Shown piece after piece: positions 54,534 to 61,950 of a stretch of DNA of 64,000 nucleotides (positions within the stretch are counted from its first letter, which is position 1; every line of letters begins with the position of its first letter). Source of the DNA: Clostridiales bacterium (GTDB lineage Bacteria; Bacillota; Clostridia; Christensenellales; CAG-138). The stretch lies in the NCBI GenBank assembly GCA_012838425.1, contig DUPG01000014.1, positions 65,541-129,540 of the forward strand, written 5' to 3'. The notes beneath the pieces were generated by a model, which made no database searches, was not told the DNA's origin, and saw only the letters and a program-made list of their open reading frames with translations. The translations under genes were made by a program, and so were the position numbers.

Positions 54534-55552
54534 CTGAGAATTTACAAAGCAACTTACAGCAAAATGACGATGTTCTGCTTGATGTCGTCAACTTAAAGAA
54601 GTATTTTCCGATTAAGGCGGGTCTCTTTAACCGTGTAGTCGGTCATGTCAAAGCTGTTGACGATGTTTCGTTCCAAATCAAGCGCGGAACAACAATGGGT
54701 CTTGTTGGTGAGTCGGGCTGCGGCAAAACCACAGTCGGCAAAACAATATTGCGCCTTAACGAAAAAACCGACGGTAAGGTAATATTCAACGGTCAAGACA
54801 TATTTGAATTGGACCACGAATCACTCAGACGCTTGCGTCCTAAGATTCAGATAATATTCCAAGACCCGTATTCGAGCTTATCGCCTCGTTTGCCTGTCGG
54901 TGAAATAATCGGTGAAGCGGTAAGAGTACACAATCTTGTGCCGCCAGACGAATTCGATGATTATATCACGAAGATAATGCTCGCTTGCGGCTTGCAGGAA
55001 TATCACAAGGATCGTTATCCGCATGAATTTTCCGGCGGTCAAAGGCAAAGAATATGTATAGCAAGAGCTTTGGCGCTTAACCCCGACTTCATCGTGTGCG
55101 ACGAGCCTGTTTCGGCACTTGATGTGTCAATACAGGCACAGATTATCAATCTGTTAGAGGATTTGCAGAGCCAATTCGGCTTGACATACCTGTTCATATC
55201 GCACGATTTGAGCGTTGTTGAGCACATTTCAGACACAGTCGGCGTTATGTACTTGGGAAGCATGGTCGAGTTCGCTACCAAGGACGATATATTTGCAAAA
55301 CCCTTGCACCCATACACGCAGGCATTGTTCAGTGCAATACCTGTACCGGATCCGAATTACAAGCAGAAGCGCATAATATTAGAGGGAAATGTTCCTTCAT
55401 CTGCAAACCCGCCCTCAGGATGTAAGTTCCATACAAGGTGCAGGCACTGCATGGATATTTGCAAGGAGGTTCCCCCTGAGACATACGATGCTGGCAACGG
55501 TCATTATGTAGTATGCCACTTGTATGACGGAAACCTTTATAACAAGGAGTAA
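54530..55552 (+). CDS. ABC transporter ATP-binding protein (OppF-like)
   Basis: [17 protein letters not shown] and [10 protein letters not shown]. Start overlaps the upstream stop (ATGA). Confidence 0.9.
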   Translation: MTENLQSNLQQNDDVLLDVVNLKKYFPIKAGLFNRVVGHVKAVDDVSFQIKRGTTMGLVGESGCGKTTVGKTILRLNEKTDGKVIFNGQDIFELDHESLRRLRPKIQIIFQDPYSSLSPRLPVGEIIGEAVRVHNLVPPDEFDDYITKIMLACGLQEYHKDRYPHEFSGGQRQRICIARALALNPDFIVCDEPVSALDVSIQAQIINLLEDLQSQFGLTYLFISHDLSVVEHISDTVGVMYLGSMVEFATKDDIFAKPLHPYTQALFSAIPVPDPNYKQKRIILEGNVPSSANPPSGCKFHTRCRHCMDICKEVPPETYDAGNGHYVVCHLYDGNLYNKE

Positions 55553-55553
55553 A

Positions 55554-55814
55554 ATGGCAAAGCGCAAGCAGTATGACGACGATGACGGTCGCGTCATAGC
55601 CAAAATGAATGTTGAGGGTATGCCTTGGTATTCGCCCAACAGCAGTTCTTCTACGGAAGAAAACGAGGGCGCAGGGCATACCTCTGCTTCTAATGATTTA
55701 TCGAAAAAGGAAGAGTTCTACATTTTTGTAGGCGCAATGAAGGCAGGATGTGTCGTTGCTGCGTTATTCGGCATAGCTATGCTTATAGTAATACTCTTCT
55801 TTATACCGAAGTGA
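55554..55814 (+). CDS. Small C-terminally anchored membrane protein, unknown function
   Basis: AAGGAG RBS precedes ATG 55554. The product is MAKRKQYDDDDGRVIAKMNVEG... with one C-terminal TM helix. Confidence 0.5.
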   Translation: MAKRKQYDDDDGRVIAKMNVEGMPWYSPNSSSSTEENEGAGHTSASNDLSKKEEFYIFVGAMKAGCVVAALFGIAMLIVILFFIPK

Positions 55815-55821
55815 GTTAATT

Positions 55822-56073
55822 ATGGAACAAGAAAAGCCCAAATACCCCAAATATCTATTGAAGCACATAGTTCAGTGCCCACACTGTGGCGCAGATGCGT
55901 TGGATCATATGACGAGCTGCCCCAAGTGTAAGGGCGAGCTTGAACCGCGTGGCTATTCTCCTATAATTGCCACTCCCACACAAAAGAGAATAAAAAAGAT
56001 ACTCTCAATTATACTCTATGGCATATTAGCAGTTTTGCTTATTATAGTGCTTTATGAGAGGTTCTTTTCATAA
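55822..56073 (+). CDS. Zinc-ribbon (CxxC...CxxC) protein with a C-terminal TM helix
   Basis: CPHCGADALDHMTSCPKCKG followed by ILSIILYGILAVLLIIVLY. Confidence 0.5.
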   Translation: MEQEKPKYPKYLLKHIVQCPHCGADALDHMTSCPKCKGELEPRGYSPIIATPTQKRIKKILSIILYGILAVLLIIVLYERFFS

Positions 56074-56083
56074 ATGCTTGATG

Positions 56084-56102
56084 AGGGCAATAGCCCTTTT
56101 TT
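56084..56102 (+). terminator. Weak terminator ending the ABC operon
   Basis: agggc-aat-agccct followed by TTTTTT. Confidence 0.45.
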
Positions 56103-56141
56103 GTTGCGCATTTTTTTGGCAACATAAGCGTATATAACATT

Positions 56142-56164
56142 AAAAAAGGGGGCTGTCGGCCCCC
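56142..56164 (-). terminator. Rho-independent terminator of glnA
   Basis: Minus strand reads gggggc-cgaca-gccccc followed by TTTTTT. Confidence 0.75.
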
Positions 56165-56179
56165 AAAGTATTGCTTCAA

Positions 56180-57595
56180 TCAAATATCAAAATACTTCGC
56201 GAACTCCGCAGGGTGCGGTATCTTGTCTATCTCCTCTGCCTCCTTGCGCTTCTTGTTTATCCAAATCTCAATGAGCCTCTTGGGGAATACGCCGCCGGCA
56301 GTCAGGTAATCGTGGTCCTTCTCCAACGCATCTAAAGCCTGATAAATGTTTGTAGGCAGTGAGTCAATCTTTGCCTTTTCTTCATCGGGAAGCGTGTATA
56401 GGTTGAAGTCATAGGGACCCCAGCCATTCTTTGACGGGTCAATCTTGTTCTTAATACCGTCAAGGCCTGCCATAAGAATTGCTGCATATGTGTAGTAGGG
56501 GTTGCAGGTAGCGTCGGGGTTTCTCAGTTCAAAACGCTTCAAATCAGGTGATTTTGCGTATGAAGGAATGCGTATAACAGCACTTCTGTTAGCAGTTGCA
56601 TAGCCAATAGTAACAGGCGCTTCAAAACCTGGGATAAGGCGCTTGAAAGAGTTAGTTGTGGGGTTTGCGAAAGCGCATATTGAAGCTGCGTGCTTCAGCA
56701 AGCCGCCTATGAAGTAGTGCGCTGTTTCGCTCAGCTGTGCGTATCCGTTCGGGTCATAGAATATTGGCTTATTGTCCTTCTTCAAAAGCATATGCACATG
56801 CATGCCGCTTCCCGCCTCGCCATGTAAGGGCTTAGGCAAAAATGTAGCTGTCTTGCCTTCAAGGATAGCCTGATTCTTAATTATGTACTTGATGTTCATT
56901 GTATGGTCAGCCATCTTCACGACATCGCCCAGCTCAACCTCTATTTCAAGCTGGCCAGAACCGCCAACCTCGTGGTGATGATACTTAACATCAATGCCCG
57001 CTTCAGCTAAAAGCATGCACATACGGCTTCTGATATCCTGCGATAAATCGGCAGGCTGGGAAATATGATAGCCCTTCTTGGGGTGAACCTGATAGCCCTT
57101 GCTGTCAGGATCCTTGTCACTGTTCCAAAGGGCCTGCTTAGAGTCGATTTCATAATATGAGCGATTGGTTTCAACCCCGTACCACATATTATCGAATAAA
57201 TAGAATTCAAACTCGGGACCTATAAGCATTGAATCTGCTATACCGGTAGCTTTCATAAACTCGTTTGCGGCTTTCAACACATTGCGCGGATATTAGTCGA
57301 AAGGCCTGTTCGCTTCTTTATCTATTACCATTGCGTCGCCCAGCATTGAAAGCGTGGGAACCTCGCAGAACGGGTCAACCATTGCCGTAGAAAGCTCAGG
57401 AATAAACACCATATCGCTTTTCTCAACAGGCGCATAGCTGTAATTTGATGCGTCAAAGCCTATACCGAATTTCATTGTGTCTTCATTGAATCTTTCTACC
57501 GGAATTGTAATGTGTCTCCACCGACCGTCTAAATCAATCATTCGAATTGAGTTTTCTTCGCAAAATTTCAGCACATCCTTCACGCTGTTAAACAT
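56180..57595 (-). pseudogene. glnA: Glutamine synthetase type I interrupted by one in-frame TAA (57293-57295)
   Basis: The N-terminal domain ORF (57293-57595) and the catalytic-domain ORF (56180-57280) share a reading frame. Across the stop it reads ..NRPFD*YPRNVLKAANEF... Confidence 0.7.
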
Positions 57596-57646
57596 AAGAG
57601 TTTACCTCCAATTATTTTTGCAGCGAACTAAACTCGCAAGCATTTG

Positions 57647-57675
57647 ATTATCTACCAAAATTCGCTTTTTGTCAA
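57647..57675 (-). promoter_or_regulatory. Candidate glnA promoter
   Basis: Minus strand reads TTGACA (57675-57670), 17 nt, GATAAT (57652-57647). Confidence 0.5.
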
Positions 57676-57871
57676 TATGTATTTATTTTTGTTTATCAGT
57701 ATAATACAATTGGCAAAAAAAGTTCTTTACATAATAAATAATATAAATTATATTAAAATTATCCGATGAGCGATACCTATATATAGGTAATATTTTATAG
57801 CCAGAACTGCAGTATATTGATTTGACAATGTGCTAACTCATTAAACAGTGCTTTTACTTCCCTTAATAAGC

Positions 57872-57895
57872 AAAAAAGCCACGCAAAGCGTGGCC
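57872..57895 (-). terminator. Rho-independent terminator of the dockerin-protein gene
   Basis: Minus strand reads gccacgc-ttt-gcgtggc followed by TTTTTT. Confidence 0.8.
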
Positions 57896-57912
57896 TTTTA
57901 GCTTGTGTAATA

Positions 57913-60819
57913 TCAGCTTCTAACTATAGCATGATTTAGTATTGCCGCGGCGTCGCCTGTGTTTACATTGCCGTCAAGGTTAAAGTCGCCAAGCTCCGGC
58001 TTTATTAGCTCTGCAGCACCTACCACATATCTCAGTATAATCACAGCGTCGCCTGTATTTATTGTGTTGTCAGCATTGGCATCGCCAATCTCCTTATACA
58101 GCGCAGTTATCACCGTATCCTCTATTATGTTAGAGAAGTCCTTATCCCAGCCCCAGAACACATGGCCTTCGCGTACAGGATCTTGCGGAGCTACGGCGGA
58201 TTTATTCTTCTCGACATATTGAATATCGATTACCCTTCCGTCATAGTCAACGAAGGTTACGGTATATGTTACAGAAGTAATCTCATATATAGGTCTAACT
58301 TCTAAATCGCTGCGCACCTCATTGAAGGGCTTATCCCAGCCAACGAACCTATAGCCCGGGCCATAGTTAGGAAGCGTAGGCTCAACGGCTGCAGCACCAT
58401 GCGGCACATTCTGAGTGGAAATCACATTGTCGTCCTTGTCGAAGAACTTAACTACATAGGTTTTTCCGGGTATTATCACATCTATATTGTCAAGCCAAGC
58501 CGCATCGTCATTCGCGTTTTGGCTCATATCCTTAGTGTAGCCCCATTCAAAAGTATAAGTGCCGTCATAGGGGATTGTATAAGTAACCGTTGTCCAATCC
58601 CTAACACCGCTAATATCTGGAATACTCGGAATAGCAGCGCCGTTCACTCTGAAATATAGATAGTCCCAGCGAACCTCGCACGATACCTTCCAGTCGAACG
58701 AAACTACAGTGTTTGCAGGCAGATATATGCTTTCAAGGCGAATGTTTGAGTTGCTCGGTGAAACGCCCGTATTCGTGCATTTAACTGCCATTCTGTTATT
58801 CTGCATATCGGGACGCCAAGGATATGTTTCGTGGTTCTTGAGGTTCAGCGTACCACCCGTTGCGTTGATAGCCAGCGGGAAGTCCGCATATACTACATTT
58901 ACTGCGACATTCTTTGAATATCCGCCGTCAACAGTAGTTACGGTTATAACAGTAGTGCCCTCAGCTACGGGTGATACCCAGCCGGTTTCGTCAACCGTTG
59001 CGACTGATGTATCCGCGCTTTGATAATTCAAAGCCTGATTAGTGGCGTTGTAGGGCAATACATGCGCCTCAATGCGTACAGGGTTAGAATCGGTGTATAG
59101 GTTTATTACGGTAGTTTTTACTTCAATGCCGGTTACCTTCAAATCGCCTAAGCTCGTTATCACGCTTGTTCCGAAATAAGTAACAGGATTTGCTTCGTCT
59201 GTATAGTCTATAACTGTGCATGTAATCTGCGCAGTGCCCTTTGAATGTGCTACAACCAAGCCGCTTTGGTCAACAGTAGCCACATTCTCGTTATCGCTGC
59301 GCCATTCGTATGTGTAATTGTTCGCGCTCTCAGGCTCTATTACTAACGCAAGCTGTACCGCGTTATTGTTATACAGCTCATAGCTTGCAGGCGAAACAGA
59401 TACGCCAGCTATGGCAATTCGCGGAATCTGTAATGAGAAATTACCGTTGCCCTGATATTTCATTCTTGCGTTGGGATAAGTATATGGGTCGTAAGAGCCT
59501 GCTTGCTGGAAGCCTATCTGCATCGCTTCCTGGAAGGTATAATATCTGTCTTCGGAAGGATGCTTTGATACCATAGCGCCCCAAACAGCAGCGGATAACT
59601 TGAAGTCGTATGTAAACGAAACGCTTTCGTCATAGCCGACTACAAGGAGTGCGCCTAAGTTGCACAAGGGAGTTGAAATTGCGGTGGTTTTCATGCCTAA
59701 GCAGATAACCAAGTACACCATTGTGCCGGGGAGAGTTTTTCCTGCGGCTTGGAAATACTTCGTAAAGAAGCTGCCCGTAACGCCTACATCTGATGAACCT
59801 GTGGATATTATATGTCCTGCGGACAAGTCAGTATTATATTCATAATCTGCGGTGTTGCCCTTGCGCATTATCATATAAGATTTGCCGCCCGAGGTTGTGC
59901 CATGGCTGTCTATTAAGAAAAAGCCATAATCAGCTATGTTTATTATGTTGCCGGGGTAAGCAGCGGATTCCTTCAAATCGTTTACAATGCCGCCTGTTAT
60001 GTTGCATACATTCTGAGCGATTGTAGAATAGAATTCGTTTGCGAAATCGCCCATAGAGGGTGAGTTTCTATACGGTCTGAAAAGTATAAAGTCAGGGTCG
60101 GCGGCTGTAACGGTTTCTACTTTGTTCTTTTGAAGCCCGTCCAAGAAAAACTGCAATGCGGCGTCAGCGTCGCCTGATTTGCGGTCTAACGCGCTGTAAA
60201 GCGTATAAGCATTTGGTATTCCCGATTTCAGCATAAAGCTGAATGAGTAGTCGCTCTCAATCTCAATAGCTTCTGTTTCGGGATTATTCGCAACGAAGTC
60301 GTAAATTGTATTGAATATCTCGTCGTTCGACAATCCTTTTGCTTTCAGTTCGCGCTCCAAGCTCTCAATTTCAAGCCATAGTGTATCGTGCTGCTTGATT
60401 TCTGCTTCTGTTGCGAGTCTATAATAGGTTATACTCCACTCGCCGACCACACGATTGTTAAGCCACGCTTGATATGTAACCTCTGTGCGCGCTTTATCTG
60501 TCTTTTTCAGAGATACATTCTGCGAATATACTCCGTCATTCGCAATCGCATCGCCGCCTTTGCCGTTGTCGTAGAGCTTTGCGACTAAATTTCCGCTGTC
60601 GTCAACAACTCTTATAGCCAATGGAAAAAGCGATGTCGTATCCGCCGATACAGAAAAAGTAACGAAGTGTTCCTCATTGAGCGTCAGTTCAGTCTTGCTC
60701 GCGTGGAAGTCCGTTACTTTCGTCATTTCTGCCGCAGTTGCCGTAGAAGCAAACAAGGGCAGAGCTATGAAAGAAAAAGTAAGAATCAAGGCAAAAAACT
60801 TAAAAAGTAACTTTTTCAT
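57913..60819 (-). CDS. Secreted multidomain protein with Big_2 Ig-like domains, B-repeat modules and a C-terminal type I dockerin
   Basis: Signal peptide present. Two Big_2-like segments (..VATVDQSGLVVAHSKGTAQITCTV.., ..VATVDETGWVSPVAEGTTVITVT..). B-repeats (..GYRFVGWDKPF.., ..GHVFWGWDKDF..). Dockerin duplicated loops DANADNTINTGD and DFNLDGNVNTGD. Confidence 0.85.
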   Translation of the reverse strand: MKKLLFKFFALILTFSFIALPLFASTATAAEMTKVTDFHASKTELTLNEEHFVTFSVSADTTSLFPLAIRVVDDSGNLVAKLYDNGKGGDAIANDGVYSQNVSLKKTDKARTEVTYQAWLNNRVVGEWSITYYRLATEAEIKQHDTLWLEIESLERELKAKGLSNDEIFNTIYDFVANNPETEAIEIESDYSFSFMLKSGIPNAYTLYSALDRKSGDADAALQFFLDGLQKNKVETVTAADPDFILFRPYRNSPSMGDFANEFYSTIAQNVCNITGGIVNDLKESAAYPGNIINIADYGFFLIDSHGTTSGGKSYMIMRKGNTADYEYNTDLSAGHIISTGSSDVGVTGSFFTKYFQAAGKTLPGTMVYLVICLGMKTTAISTPLCNLGALLVVGYDESVSFTYDFKLSAAVWGAMVSKHPSEDRYYTFQEAMQIGFQQAGSYDPYTYPNARMKYQGNGNFSLQIPRIAIAGVSVSPASYELYNNNAVQLALVIEPESANNYTYEWRSDNENVATVDQSGLVVAHSKGTAQITCTVIDYTDEANPVTYFGTSVITSLGDLKVTGIEVKTTVINLYTDSNPVRIEAHVLPYNATNQALNYQSADTSVATVDETGWVSPVAEGTTVITVTTVDGGYSKNVAVNVVYADFPLAINATGGTLNLKNHETYPWRPDMQNNRMAVKCTNTGVSPSNSNIRLESIYLPANTVVSFDWKVSCEVRWDYLYFRVNGAAIPSIPDISGVRDWTTVTYTIPYDGTYTFEWGYTKDMSQNANDDAAWLDNIDVIIPGKTYVVKFFDKDDNVISTQNVPHGAAAVEPTLPNYGPGYRFVGWDKPFNEVRSDLEVRPIYEITSVTYTVTFVDYDGRVIDIQYVEKNKSAVAPQDPVREGHVFWGWDKDFSNIIEDTVITALYKEIGDANADNTINTGDAVIILRYVVGAAELIKPELGDFNLDGNVNTGDAAAILNHAIVRS

Positions 60820-60904
60820 ATAATCACCCCTTTACAAAATATAGTATATCATCATAGTATGTTTGTTACAAGCATGAGTTTGATAATTTACGATAAATTC
60901 ACAC

Positions 60905-60933
60905 TTGCAAATTATGACAATTTCCAATATAAT
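60905..60933 (+). promoter_or_regulatory. Candidate promoter of the WYL regulator gene
   Basis: TTGCAA (60905-60910), 17 nt, TATAAT (60928-60933). Confidence 0.55.
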
Positions 60934-60960
60934 GGGAAAAATTGAATAGGGGGAACCAAA

Positions 60961-61950
60961 ATGTCAAGGTGTTCTAATCAGAAGCTGAAATTGCTAAATG
61001 TTCAAAAAATACTATTAGAGCAAACAGACGAGCAGCATCCTATAAGCGTTGAGGAAATAATAAATAAGTTAAAAGCGTTAGGCATTGAGGCAGAGCGCAA
61101 AAGCATATATGACGATATTAAGGCGTTGACAGATTTCGGCATGGATATTCAGCATCAGCGCCAAAAACCCTCAGGCTATTATGTTTACTTGCGTGATTTT
61201 GAGCTTGCGGAGCTTAAAATGCTTGTTGATAGCGTACAGGCAGCCAAGTTTATAACCGAAAAGAAAACAAAAGAGCTTATTACAAAGCTTACAGGCCTAT
61301 GCAGCAAGCACGAAGCCAATTTATTAAACAGGCAGCTATATGGGGCGAATCGCGTAAAAAGCGACAACGAACAGATTTTTTATAATATAGATGGCATTTA
61401 TAACGCGATAAATCAGGATAAAAAGATTTGCTTCAAGTATATTGAGTTCGATTTGAACAAGCAAAAAAAGTTCAGAAGAAACGAAAAAATGTATTGCGTG
61501 AGTCCGTTCGCGCTTATTTGGGAGGACGAGCGCTATTACTTGCTTGCATACGACAGCGAAGCCGAAATAATGAAGCACTATCGCGTGGATAAGATGGAAA
61601 GCATCGATATTGCAGAAGAAGAGCGCGAGGGTAAAAAGGTATTTGCCGAAATAGATGTTGCGGAATACACCAAGCGTAATTTCAGCATGTATAGCGGCGA
61701 ATTAACAAAGGTGCGTATGCAGTTCCATAAATCCCTTATAGGCATAGTAATAGATAAGTTTGGAAAGGGTATTATGACCCACCAAGTTTCCGACGATTAT
61801 TTCGAGGTATGTGTAGAAGTCGGCGTAAGTCAGGTATTTTATTCATGGGTGTTTACATTCGGCGATAAGGCAAAAATCATACACCCCGAGCATGTAGTCA
61901 ACGAAGCGAAGGAAATGCTAAAAAGAATGTTGAATCAATATGAAAGCTAA
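60961..61950 (+). CDS. HTH + WYL domain transcriptional regulator
   Basis: N-terminal wHTH (ISVEEIINKLKALGIEAERKSIYDDIKAL). WYL core (CFKYIEFDL...VSPFALIWEDERYYLLAY...HYRVDKM). Confidence 0.8.
   Translation: MSRCSNQKLKLLNVQKILLEQTDEQHPISVEEIINKLKALGIEAERKSIYDDIKALTDFGMDIQHQRQKPSGYYVYLRDFELAELKMLVDSVQAAKFITEKKTKELITKLTGLCSKHEANLLNRQLYGANRVKSDNEQIFYNIDGIYNAINQDKKICFKYIEFDLNKQKKFRRNEKMYCVSPFALIWEDERYYLLAYDSEAEIMKHYRVDKMESIDIAEEEREGKKVFAEIDVAEYTKRNFSMYSGELTKVRMQFHKSLIGIVIDKFGKGIMTHQVSDDYFEVCVEVGVSQVFYSWVFTFGDKAKIIHPEHVVNEAKEMLKRMLNQYES

Noticed and set aside
57293-57295. TAA in glnA as evidence of an alternative genetic code or programmed recoding.
   Set aside because: TAA ends many well-supported genes in this window at the expected length (for example tdh, kbl, pgk, tpiA, gpmI). 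No known recoding signal is evident.
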